This document shows positions 19,924 through 28,722 of a stretch of 64,000 bases of DNA, one piece after another. The DNA is from an uncultured delta proteobacterium (lineage in GTDB: Bacteria > Desulfobacterota > Binatia > JACPRU01), in assembly GCA_963712515.1 (NCBI GenBank), contig CAVQIG010000018.1:17401-81400 (forward strand), in the 5' to 3' direction. Below the pieces are notes generated by a model. The model was not told the origin of the DNA. It saw nothing but the letters and a program-made list of their open reading frames with translations, and made no database searches. The number at the start of each line of letters is the position of its first letter. Positions within the stretch are counted from its first letter, which is position 1. Made by a program: the position numbers and the translations under genes.

Positions 19924-20211
19924 ATGCCCGGGAAGGGTAAAGGGATTGCAGGTGCAGCGGCGCTCGGCGCCATCGCGATTCTCGCGGGTTGCGCGAAGCC
20001 ACTCCCGGAAGAGGGCTCGCCCTCGGCGGATGTCTATCGGCGACGGTGCGGTGGCTGCCACCGCCCAGTGCAACCTTCGAGCATGAAGTATGCGCTGTGG
20101 AACATGTTACTTCCCCGAATGGAACAGCGCATGCGCGAGGCTCGCGAGCCACCGCTCAGCGCAGACGAACGTGCGACGATCGAGTCCTATCTTCGGCGAA
20201 ATGGCGGTTGA
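19924..20211 (+). CDS. Monoheme cytochrome c lipoprotein
   Basis: Lipobox LAGC; CGGCH heme motif; distal Met. Confidence 0.8.
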   Translation: MPGKGKGIAGAAALGAIAILAGCAKPLPEEGSPSADVYRRRCGGCHRPVQPSSMKYALWNMLLPRMEQRMREAREPPLSADERATIESYLRRNGG

Positions 20212-20249
20212 AGCGCTTAGGAGACCTTGTGTCGAACTTTCGTGGTCGG

Positions 20250-20453
20250 TTACGCCGCGTCTACGAGCTCGACCTCTTCAGGAAAGAGCACGCTGGAACC
20301 TCCCTTGTCCCAGTCCACGAGCACGATCAATCGTCCGACGTTGTCGGACACGTAGCGGATTTTTCCCTCGGACATCGGCGCGACCCGTCCGGCCGGACCG
20401 TTCACCCCTTTGTTGGTGCGGCATCGCTTCCCGGCGAGCGTCGTGCTGGTCAT
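20250..20453 (-). CDS. Small hypothetical beta-rich protein (67 aa)
   Basis: GGAGG RBS; MTSTTLAGKRCRT...VLVDWDKGGSSVLFPEEVELVDAA. Confidence 0.7.
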   Translation of the reverse strand: MTSTTLAGKRCRTNKGVNGPAGRVAPMSEGKIRYVSDNVGRLIVLVDWDKGGSSVLFPEEVELVDAA

Positions 20454-20480
20454 CGCTATCGGCCTCCTGCTCCCGATGCG

Positions 20481-20497
20481 AAGCAAACCCCGTGCCC
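20481..20497 (-). promoter_or_regulatory. Putative sigma-54 promoter of the 67-aa gene
   Basis: Minus strand GGCACG-gggt-TTGCT, GG-N10-GC. Confidence 0.65.
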
Positions 20498-20643
20498 GCC
20501 CTCGAGTTGCAGCATTCACGGCCCCTTTTCGCCGCGCCGCGGCAAAGCGCGACGTTTTTTTGTGCACGCTGCGCTGAAAAAAATGCCACGCCGGCGGCAT
20601 CGGTCACGGCGCGCGTGAGCACGGATTCGACGAGCGGGAAGAC

Positions 20644-21969
20644 CTACTGGAGACGCTCACGGGCGAGCTGCTCGAGCTCTCCGATCTCCTTCGGGATGTC
20701 GGCCGTGAGGATCTCCCGGCCGTGCTCGGTCACGAGCACGTCATCCTCGATGCGGATACCGATGCCCTGGAACCGCGCCGCTTCACCGGCTCCGTTCCCG
20801 GCGAAGTAGAGCCCGGGCTCGACGGTCAGCACCATGCCAGGCTCGAGAACCCTCGATTTGTCGCCGAGCCGATACTTGCCGACGTCGTGTACGTCCATCC
20901 CGAGCCAGTGGCTCGTGCGGTGCATGTAGAAGGGCCGGTACGCGCTCTTCTCGATCGCTTCGTCGAAGGACACGGAAAGGACGGCGAGCGAGCGAAGACC
21001 CTCGACGAGAACGCGCAGCGCCGCGTCGTGGACGTCGTCGAACGTCGCGCCGGGCGTCACCTTTTCGATAGCGGCCTTCTGGGCGGCGAGCACGATTTCG
21101 TAGATCTGCCGCTGCGCCCCCGAGAAGGTAGGACCGACGGGGTAGGTTCGCGTCACGTCCGCGCAATAGTGGTCGTATTCCGCGCCGGCATCGATGAGCA
21201 GCAATTCTCCGTCCTCTAGGTCCCGGCAGTTCTCCGTGTAGTGAAGTATCGTGGCGTTTGGCCCCGAGGCCACGATCGACGGATAGGCCGGTCCCATGCC
21301 GCCGAGCCGCCGGAACGCGAAGTCGATGGCGGCCTCGATCTCGTGCTCGTTCCTACCCGACCGAGCGGCAAGCAGCGCCTCGCGGTGCGCGACCGCGCTG
21401 ATCGCCGCCGCCCGCCGCATGCGCTCGAGCTCCTCAGGGCGCTTGTGGAGACGCATCTCGTGGAGCACGTCGGCCGGCGAGACTACGCCGAGCGCCGGCG
21501 CGCCGGTGCGCTCGCGAGTCGCCTGCGACCGCCGCACCTGCTCGAGCACGCGCTGATTCGCCCGCTCGTCGCGACCGAACGTGAAGTAAAGTCGCTCGCG
21601 CGCGTCGAGAAGCTTTGTGAAGACGCCTTCGAAGTGCTCGAGCGTATGCGCGGCGTCGGCCTGGAAGCGCTCACGCGCCCCCTCGACGCCGAAGCGCCTT
21701 CCCGTCCACGTCTCGCGGTCGGGATCGCGTGGAAGCACGAAGAGAATGAAGCGCTCCTCCCCGACCGTGTCGAGCAGGCAGAGCGCCTCCGGCTCTGGAA
21801 AACCCGTCAGGTAGTAGAAATCGTTGTCTTGGCGATAACGGTACTCGACGTCGCCGGAGCGGATCGCGGTGGGCGCGGCCGGGAAAAGCGCGAGCGAGCC
21901 GGCGGGTAGCGCCGCGAGAAAGTGGTTGCGGCGGTCGGTGAACACGGAGGGATCCAACGGTACGCGCAT
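20644..21969 (-). CDS. pepP: Xaa-Pro aminopeptidase P
   Basis: YRQDNDFYYLTG, DAGAE..DVTRT, HWLGMDVHD, TVEPG, RIEDD. Confidence 0.95.
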   Translation of the reverse strand: MRVPLDPSVFTDRRNHFLAALPAGSLALFPAAPTAIRSGDVEYRYRQDNDFYYLTGFPEPEALCLLDTVGEERFILFVLPRDPDRETWTGRRFGVEGARERFQADAAHTLEHFEGVFTKLLDARERLYFTFGRDERANQRVLEQVRRSQATRERTGAPALGVVSPADVLHEMRLHKRPEELERMRRAAAISAVAHREALLAARSGRNEHEIEAAIDFAFRRLGGMGPAYPSIVASGPNATILHYTENCRDLEDGELLLIDAGAEYDHYCADVTRTYPVGPTFSGAQRQIYEIVLAAQKAAIEKVTPGATFDDVHDAALRVLVEGLRSLAVLSVSFDEAIEKSAYRPFYMHRTSHWLGMDVHDVGKYRLGDKSRVLEPGMVLTVEPGLYFAGNGAGEAARFQGIGIRIEDDVLVTEHGREILTADIPKEIGELEQLARERLQ

Positions 21970-22182
21970 CTTTGCAATTCCGACAACGATGAGAGTAGTG
22001 GACGCTCGCGGTCGTGGCAAACTTGGACGACGAACCGCGTCTGAAAGACTGCCGTCGGCGACGGGCCGCGAGCTTCCGCAGAAATACTCGGTTTTCCGGG
22101 AGTCGGTAGCCGATCCAGCCGATCCATCGCGCGGTTGCTACTCCCAGCCTTATCCTCTAACCTCGCCGCTGGACGAGTGCTC

Positions 22183-22626
22183 GTGAACCGCAATCTGCGC
22201 TTCGTGATCGGCTCGATGGTGATCGTCGCCACCATCGGCTACCTCATGTACACCGCAATCCGTGAAACCTCGGCGTACTACCTGACGATCCAAGAATTCC
22301 TGCCGAAGAAGGCCGAGTACGGAAACGTGCCGTTGCGCGTCGCCGGTCGCGTCCAACCAGGCTCGATCGACTACGATGTGACGACCCTTCACCTGCGCTT
22401 TCGGCTCGCGGCCTTCTCGGACGCGAATCGGCCCGAGCTCTCGGTGCCGGTTTCGTTCAGTGGCATCAAGCCCGACATGTTCGCCGACGGCCGTGACGTG
22501 ATCGTCGAGGGTCGCTACACGAGCGGCGTGCTCGAGGCGAACCAAGTGCTCACGAGCTGCCCGTCGAAGTACGAGGCCAAGACGGCGGCCGAAACCGGCG
22601 AGTCCGCGCAGGACCGCCAGGGCTAG
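22183..22626 (+). CDS. ccmE: Heme chaperone CcmE, CxxxY type
   Basis: N-terminal TM helix, PDMFADGRDVIVEG, SCPSKYE. Confidence 0.92.
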   Translation: MNRNLRFVIGSMVIVATIGYLMYTAIRETSAYYLTIQEFLPKKAEYGNVPLRVAGRVQPGSIDYDVTTLHLRFRLAAFSDANRPELSVPVSFSGIKPDMFADGRDVIVEGRYTSGVLEANQVLTSCPSKYEAKTAAETGESAQDRQG

Positions 22627-22788
22627 GAGTCCGTCCGAGTAATCCGGACCGAGCCGATGAGTCGAGGGCCAAGCATCGCACCCGGAAAATTCCGACGAAT
22701 ACTCTTGTGGTATTCCGAGGAATTTTGCGGGTGCGAGGCGCTGGCGATCGGCTCATCGGCGACGGGAGCGATTACTCGGACGGACTCC
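22626..22788. mobile_element. 163-bp MITE-like element between ccmE and ccmF
   Basis: 19-bp perfect TIR GGAGTCCGTCCGAGTAATC, TA on both flanks, internal nested inverted repeats. Confidence 0.8.
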
Positions 22789-22803
22789 TAACAGCCAGCA
22801 CAC

Positions 22804-24825
22804 ATGGATCGGATCCAACTTTCCGATCTCGGCACGCTCGTCCTCCAGCTCGCTTGGTGCCTCGCGCTCTACTCCATCGCTTCCAGCGTCTACGGCGCGC
22901 GCGCGGCGAGAAACGAGTTCGTCGCCAGCGGCCGCCACGCCGCGATCGCGGTCTTCGGGTGCGTCGTCTCGGCGGTCGCGATCATGTTGCACGCCCTGGT
23001 CACGCGCGACTTCCAGATCGAGTACGTCGCCAGCTACTCCTCGAGCACGCTGCCGCTCCCGTACACGGTGGCCGCGCTCTGGGGCGGCATGGCGGGTAGC
23101 CTGCTCTTCTGGCTCTTCATCTTGAATCTCTCCGCGACGATCGTTCACGTACAGAATCGCGATCGTCATCGCCTGCTCATGCCCTACGTCACGGCGACGC
23201 TCATGACGATCAGCCTCTTTTTCCTGTCGCTGGTCGTCTTCATCGTTCCCGCCTTCCGGCGGCTTCCGTTCGCGCCGAGCGAGGGCTCCGACCTGAATCC
23301 GCTGCTCCAGAACTACTGGATGACGATCCATCCCCCGTCCCTCTACACGGGGTACGTGACGGTGAGCGTTCCCTTCGCCTTTTGCATGGCGGCGCTCGCC
23401 ACCGGCGAGCTCGGCGACGCGTGGATCCGCTCCACACGGCGCTGGACGCTCTTCGCCTGGTTCTTCTTGACGCTCGGCAACGTGTTCGGCGGCGCCTGGG
23501 CGTACGAGGTGCTCGGTTGGGGAGGCTACTGGGCGTGGGATCCGGTGGAGAACGCCGCCTTCATGCCGTGGTTGGTGATGACGGCGTTTCTCCACTCGGT
23601 GATGATCCAGGAAAAGAAAGACATGCTGAAGGTGTGGAACGTCTCGCTCATCATCCTCGCCTTCGCGCTGACGATCTTCGGTACGTTCCTCACGCGCTCG
23701 GGAGTGATCTCGTCGGTGCACAGCTTCACGCAGTCGGGGCTCGGGCCGTTCTTTCTCTGGTTCCTGGCCGGCGTGCTCGTCGCGGCCGTCGGCCTGGTGA
23801 CTTGGCGACTGCCGCTGCTTCGCTCGCGGAACCAGCTCGAGTCGTTCTTCTCGCGCGAAGCCGCGTTTCTCTTCAACAACCTGATTCTCCTCGGCATCTG
23901 CTTCACGATCTTCTGGGGAACGATCTTTCCGGTGATCTCCGAATGGGTTCGAGGCGTGAAGATCACGGTCGGGCCACCGTTCTTCAACAGGGTGAACGCT
24001 CCGCTCGGGCTCAGCTTGCTGTTTCTGACCGGCATTGGACCGATCATCGCCTGGCGGCGCGCCACGCCACGGAATCTCCAGCGGAACTTCGCGGGGCCGC
24101 TCGGCTTCGGCTTGGCCTGCGGGCTCGCGCTCTTCGCGCTCGGCATGCGGCAGCTGGCCGGCCTCGTCTCGTTCTCGCTCTGCTCGTTCGTGGCCGCGAC
24201 GATCGTCCTCGAATTCTACCGCGGCACGCGCGCCCGCCAGACGCTCGTCGGAGAATCGGCCGCCGTCGCGCTCGCGCACCTCGTATCGAAGAATCACCGC
24301 CGGTATGGAGGTTACGTGATTCACGCCGGGGTCGTCTTGATCTTCCTCGGCATCACCGGCTCTTCGCTCTTCAAGGACGAAGTCCAGGCCACCGTCGCCC
24401 CAGGCCAGACGTTCTCGATCGGTCGCTACCAGCTACGCTACGATCGCCTCGCCGAGGAGGACGATCCGCATGTTTCGATCACCCGCGCCGACGTGACCGT
24501 GCTTGACGGTGGTCGATCGATCGGGGTGCTCCGGCCCGAGAAGCGCTTCTACAAGCGGCCCGGGCAGCCGACGACGGAGGTCGCGATCCGCAAGACTCTC
24601 CGCGCGGACCTCTATCTGGTCCTCGGCGCGCTCGATCCGTCGAGCGGACTCGTCACGTTCCAGACGTTCTTGAATCCCCTCGTGTCCTGGCTCTGGATCG
24701 GCGCCGGCGTGATGGTGATCGGCACGGCCGTCGTGATGACACCGACGCCGGCGGAGCGGCACGCGCGCGTGGCGGTCCACGCGCGGGAGGAGTCGGCCGC
24801 GCTCTCGCGAGCCGAGGAAGCCTGA
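22804..24825 (+). CDS. ccmF: Cytochrome c heme lyase
   Basis: WGGYWAWDPVENA (WWD domain), IHPP, SVHSF. Confidence 0.97.
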   Translation: MDRIQLSDLGTLVLQLAWCLALYSIASSVYGARAARNEFVASGRHAAIAVFGCVVSAVAIMLHALVTRDFQIEYVASYSSSTLPLPYTVAALWGGMAGSLLFWLFILNLSATIVHVQNRDRHRLLMPYVTATLMTISLFFLSLVVFIVPAFRRLPFAPSEGSDLNPLLQNYWMTIHPPSLYTGYVTVSVPFAFCMAALATGELGDAWIRSTRRWTLFAWFFLTLGNVFGGAWAYEVLGWGGYWAWDPVENAAFMPWLVMTAFLHSVMIQEKKDMLKVWNVSLIILAFALTIFGTFLTRSGVISSVHSFTQSGLGPFFLWFLAGVLVAAVGLVTWRLPLLRSRNQLESFFSREAAFLFNNLILLGICFTIFWGTIFPVISEWVRGVKITVGPPFFNRVNAPLGLSLLFLTGIGPIIAWRRATPRNLQRNFAGPLGFGLACGLALFALGMRQLAGLVSFSLCSFVAATIVLEFYRGTRARQTLVGESAAVALAHLVSKNHRRYGGYVIHAGVVLIFLGITGSSLFKDEVQATVAPGQTFSIGRYQLRYDRLAEEDDPHVSITRADVTVLDGGRSIGVLRPEKRFYKRPGQPTTEVAIRKTLRADLYLVLGALDPSSGLVTFQTFLNPLVSWLWIGAGVMVIGTAVVMTPTPAERHARVAVHAREESAALSRAEEA

Positions 24826-25293
24826 GTGCGAAGGCTCTTGACCCTGGCGGTTTTCGTGCACGTGCTTTTCGCGGGGCTTGCGGCGTCGGCCGCGGTGACC
24901 ACGAAGGAGATCGAGGAAGCCCTCACCTGTCAGTGTGGGTGCGGCTTGACGGTCCATTCGTGCAATCATCTCCAGTGCGGCTCGGGGATTCCGCTGAAGC
25001 AGGAGGTGCGCACGCTCGTCTCGCAAGGCCTCGGCCGGGACGAGATCCTGCTCCACTTCCGCGACACGTATGGCGAGAAGATCCTCTCCGCGCCGGTTCC
25101 GGAGGGCTTCAATCTGAGCGCATGGATCCTGCCGTTCGCGGTGATCGGCGCGGGCGCGGGGGTGCTGGTGACGAGCGTGCGGCGCTGGACCAGGCTCGCG
25201 CGGGCGGAGGCGGCATCCACCACTGCGCGACCCGAGATCTCCGAAGACGATCGCCGCCGTCTGGACGCGGAGCTGGCGAAGGGCCAGCGGTGA
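24826..25293 (+). CDS. ccmH: CcmH/NrfF-family protein
   Basis: LTCQCGC; FRDTYGEKILSAP; C-terminal TM helix. Confidence 0.85.
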   Translation: MRRLLTLAVFVHVLFAGLAASAAVTTKEIEEALTCQCGCGLTVHSCNHLQCGSGIPLKQEVRTLVSQGLGRDEILLHFRDTYGEKILSAPVPEGFNLSAWILPFAVIGAGAGVLVTSVRRWTRLARAEAASTTARPEISEDDRRRLDAELAKGQR

Positions 25294-25586
25294 GTTTTCT
25301 CGTCTACTTCGTGGGCCTCTTGGTCATCGCCGCCGTCGCCTGGGCCGTGGCGAGCCCGCTGTTTCGACCGCCGCGTCTGCTTCTGACCGAGCGCGAGCCG
25401 CTTCGCGAAGAGCGCTGGCGCAAGCAGAAAGAAGAAGCGCTCGCGGCGATCAAGGAGGCGGAGTTCGACCTGCAGATGGGCAAGCTCTCGGACGACGACT
25501 ATCGGCACCTTCGGGCTCGTCTCGAGAGGCAAGCTCTCGAAGCGATGACGGTGCTCGAAAGGCGGGGTGATGGCGACGCTGGCTGA
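25290..25586 (+). CDS. Small membrane protein resembling the CcmI N-terminal region
   Basis: GTG overlapping the ccmH stop; TM helix then AIKEAEFDLQMGKLSDDDY. Confidence 0.75.
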   Translation: MSFLVYFVGLLVIAAVAWAVASPLFRPPRLLLTEREPLREERWRKQKEEALAAIKEAEFDLQMGKLSDDDYRHLRARLERQALEAMTVLERRGDGDAG

Positions 25587-25890
25587 CTTTCAGCAACTCG
25601 ACTTGCGGGTGGCGACCGTGATCTCGGCGGAGCTTCACCCGAACGCCGACCGGCTTCTCGTCCTGCGAATCGACCTCGGCGGCGCCGAGCGCCAGATCGT
25701 CGCTGGCATCCGCGCGAGCTACGAGCCGGCGGCGCTCGTCGGCAAGCAGATCGTCGTCGTCGCCAATCTCGAGCCCGCGAAGCTTCGCGGGCTCGAAAGC
25801 CAGGGCATGCTGCTCGCCGCCCGCGATGCCGATCGTGTGGTGCTGGTGACCCCCGAAGCCGCCGTTTCTGCCGGCAGGAAGGTCTCTTGA
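25570..25890 (+). CDS. tRNA-binding OB-fold protein (CsaA/MetRS C-terminal-like)
   Basis: DFQQLDLRV, HPNADRL, VANLEPAKLRGLESQGMLL. Confidence 0.92.
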   Translation: MATLADFQQLDLRVATVISAELHPNADRLLVLRIDLGGAERQIVAGIRASYEPAALVGKQIVVVANLEPAKLRGLESQGMLLAARDADRVVLVTPEAAVSAGRKVS

Positions 25891-26261
25891 CCCAACGAGA
25901 GCAATTTGTCGGGAGGATACCGGAATCGGCGCTCGGGCGAGATCGTTCGAGCCGAGAAGCGTGTCGAGCCCGCACCCGGCTCGAGCTCTGCGGGCCTGTT
26001 ATTTTCGCTTCAAGGTAGGGGTTGGCCGCCCAAAGCTGCTATACCTCGAAGCGGGGGATCGGGCATGGTGCCGAGGATGAGGGAGATCACCAGCCGCCGG
26101 AACGCTCTTCTCGAGGTGGGCGGGCCGACGATCGACTTCGTTCTCACGTTCCTCCGTTCGATTTCAACGAGCAGATCGATCCGGAGCTCGAGAGCTGGCT
26201 CGAGCTCCGTCAGAAGGGGCACGCGCAGCCGGAGCGGCTTCGCTGCCCGCGAAGGATATCC

Positions 26262-26843
26262 ATGATTCCATTCATCGCCATCGCCATTGCCTTTTGCGCC
26301 CTCGGCTTCACGCTGTTGTCGCTGCGCCACGCGCAAGAAAAGATCGAAGCGCTGGAGAGCGACATCGATGCCGTCGAAGGCCACAACCGAACCCTCCAGG
26401 AGCAGCGCGACGCGTTGAAGAGCTCGCTCGCGGAAGCGTCGGCGGGGCTCGAGACGGCGAAGCAGCGCGTGGAGACGATCGAGGCGGAAAAGCGCGAGCT
26501 CGAGCAGCAGCGAGCCGCGCTGGCGGAGACCGCCGCGCGCCTCGAAAAGGTGCGCGCCGAGCTCGAGGGTGAGCTCGCCAAGGCCCGCCGCGAGCACGAA
26601 TCACTCGAGCGACGGGTGGTCGACTTTCAGGGACAGTGGTCGCACCAGTTGACCACGCTGGAGGCCGAGATCTCGACCCTGATCCGCCAGCTCGGCGAGT
26701 TCCGCAAGGGAACGCAGCTGCCGATTCCGAAACCGGAGGCTCCCGGCGTGTCCACCATTTCCGCCGCGGTTTCGCTGCCGAAGGGCGAAAGCCGAAAGGC
26801 GATCGCGATCAGCGATCCAGCCGCAGCACGGCCACTCCGGTAA
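26262..26843 (+). CDS. Membrane-anchored coiled-coil protein
   Basis: AAGGA RBS; N-terminal TM helix then a long heptad-rich region. Confidence 0.75.
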   Translation: MIPFIAIAIAFCALGFTLLSLRHAQEKIEALESDIDAVEGHNRTLQEQRDALKSSLAEASAGLETAKQRVETIEAEKRELEQQRAALAETAARLEKVRAELEGELAKARREHESLERRVVDFQGQWSHQLTTLEAEISTLIRQLGEFRKGTQLPIPKPEAPGVSTISAAVSLPKGESRKAIAISDPAAARPLR

Positions 26844-27216
26844 CTCGCCGCTCGCCGCCCTGCTCGAGAATGAGGTCGCATTCGAGCTCGATGGCGGCGT
26901 CGCTGTCGCGCCGGTCGGTGACGAAGCCGCTGCAGACGATCGGCTTGCCAGGCTGGACGATGCCGCGAAACGTGACGCCGAGCGTCTCGAGCCGTGCCTC
27001 GGGAAGCCAAGCCGTGAGCATCCGCGAGAGCAGCGCCATGCTCATGTTGCCCGGGAGGATCTGTCCAGGAAGCCCCTCTTTGCGCGCGACCTCGTCGCTG
27101 AAGAACCGTTGCCCGGGCATCTGGCCCGCGGTGGCGTAGCGACGCACCTGGTCGCCCGAAAGCACGATCTCGAGCCGCGGGATCTCGTGTCCAATCTCGA
27201 GTGGCCCGGTGCTCAA
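26809..27216 (-). CDS. MaoC/hotdog-fold protein (HadB-like)
   Basis: VRRYA...ARKEGLPGQILPG, VTFRGIVQPG. Confidence 0.82.
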   Translation of the reverse strand: MSTGPLEIGHEIPRLEIVLSGDQVRRYATAGQMPGQRFFSDEVARKEGLPGQILPGNMSMALLSRMLTAWLPEARLETLGVTFRGIVQPGKPIVCSGFVTDRRDSDAAIELECDLILEQGGERRVTGVAVLRLDR

Positions 27217-27659
27217 GTCTCCTCCTCCGGACGGAGCATGAAGCGGCTGTCGATCCTCGCCACCACCTCGCCGCGCTGGTTCGTCATCGTCTGGCGCGAC
27301 ACGACGAACACCATCGATCCGGTTCGTCCGGTTTTCTCGTAAACTTCGTGCAGGACGTTCCGCGTGTGGATGACGTCACCGGCGCGGATCGGCGCGCCGA
27401 AGTGGATGTCCTTGCCCGCATCGAAACCGCGCCGGAACGCCTGGGGCGGAATCCCGGGGTGAGAGAAGCGGTTGCCCCGGAACCGCACGCAGAAAGTAGG
27501 CGGTGCGACGGGGTCGGGACCGAAATAGGCGGCATGGGTCTCGCCGAGTGATGCGGCGTACTCGCGGATCTCTTCCGCCGTGACCGGAGCCGACGTGCTG
27601 GCGTCGAACTCGCCGCCGATCAGCGCGGGGTCGAGCCCCCAGGGAAGTCGCTCGCTCAT
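27213..27659 (-). CDS. MaoC/FAS1-like dehydratase subunit (HadA-like)
   Basis: IREYAASLGE, VAPPTF, PIRAGD, YEKTGRTGSMVFV, NQRGE. Confidence 0.88.
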   Translation of the reverse strand: MSERLPWGLDPALIGGEFDASTSAPVTAEEIREYAASLGETHAAYFGPDPVAPPTFCVRFRGNRFSHPGIPPQAFRRGFDAGKDIHFGAPIRAGDVIHTRNVLHEVYEKTGRTGSMVFVVSRQTMTNQRGEVVARIDSRFMLRPEEET

Positions 27660-28306
27660 TGACCCTTCAAGCGGTCGCGAAAGTCGAGCGCGCGGTAACC
27701 GCCCTCGCGCAGCGCGCGCACCAGGTCTTCTTCATCGCTCACTTCGCGCGGAAATTCCGTCGCGCAGATTCCGATGAAGGAAACCAGGTGCGAGTCGCTG
27801 CCGCCGATCGCGCCGTAACCGTACTTCTTGACGAGCTCCTCGACGCGCTCGTTCTCGCCCTTGCGGCTGCCGCCGTTCAGCATCTCGACCGCGCGTACGC
27901 CGTCGAGCGGCGGTTTGGTCCGGTAGTGTTCGCAAAGCCCGACGGTCGGCCGGCCCGGATGACAAGGGACGGCGATGCCCCCGAGCTCCTCGACGTCGGT
28001 GATGAGCTCCTGAGCGGGCAGGCGCACATTGGAAAAATCGAAGCGTTCGAGCATCGTGTCGTTGACTCCGTACACCAGCACGTGACCGTAGTCGGTCTCG
28101 ACTTCCGAGCCCTTGAAGATGCGGATTCCGTATTCGTCTTCGAGGTGCCGATAGTCGCTGCCGCCGTCGAATTGGCGGTGCTCGGTGAGCACCAGGCCGT
28201 CGACCGGCAAGACGTCCTTCTTCTTCAACAGCCACTGCAGGTAACCGACGACCGTCGCGCGGCTGTCTTCGGATTTCTTGGAGTGGACATGCAGGTCCAG
28301 TATCAC
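27656..28306 (-). CDS. PHP-domain metal-dependent phosphoesterase
   Basis: DLHVHS, LTEH, GSEV..GH, CHP, GGSDSH. Confidence 0.9.
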   Translation of the reverse strand: MILDLHVHSKKSEDSRATVVGYLQWLLKKKDVLPVDGLVLTEHRQFDGGSDYRHLEDEYGIRIFKGSEVETDYGHVLVYGVNDTMLERFDFSNVRLPAQELITDVEELGGIAVPCHPGRPTVGLCEHYRTKPPLDGVRAVEMLNGGSRKGENERVEELVKKYGYGAIGGSDSHLVSFIGICATEFPREVSDEEDLVRALREGGYRALDFRDRLKGQ

Positions 28307-28722
28307 GCTCTAGCCCTCTGGAATTTGGGGATGGCGAGCCCCTCGTCGATGTCTTCGAACACCACCTCGACCGGCATACCGATCGTCACCGCGTCCGCAG
28401 GCGTATTGATCACGTTGGTGAGGATGCGCGGCCCCTCGTCGAGCTCAACATACGCCATCACGTACGGCAGTTCATCCCGGAAACCGGCGGCCTGATTCTG
28501 GTAGGTGACGGTGAACGTGTACACCTTACCGTAGCCGCTCGCGCGCAGGTAGTCCGTTTTCGACGAGAGGCACGAGGGACAGACCGCTCGCGGGTAGAAG
28601 CGGAGCGTCGAGCAGGCGGCGCACTTCTGGAGATAGAGCTCGTGGCGCGCGCAGGCTTCCCAGAACCAGCGGTTCTCCTCGTCGAGGTGTGGAAGCGGCT
28701 TCTTGTAGTCCTTGCGGTCCAT
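28303..28722 (-). CDS. DUF35 Zn-ribbon/OB-fold protein
   Basis: CAAC...CPSC; VELDEGPR. Confidence 0.93.
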   Translation of the reverse strand: MDRKDYKKPLPHLDEENRWFWEACARHELYLQKCAACSTLRFYPRAVCPSCLSSKTDYLRASGYGKVYTFTVTYQNQAAGFRDELPYVMAYVELDEGPRILTNVINTPADAVTIGMPVEVVFEDIDEGLAIPKFQRARA

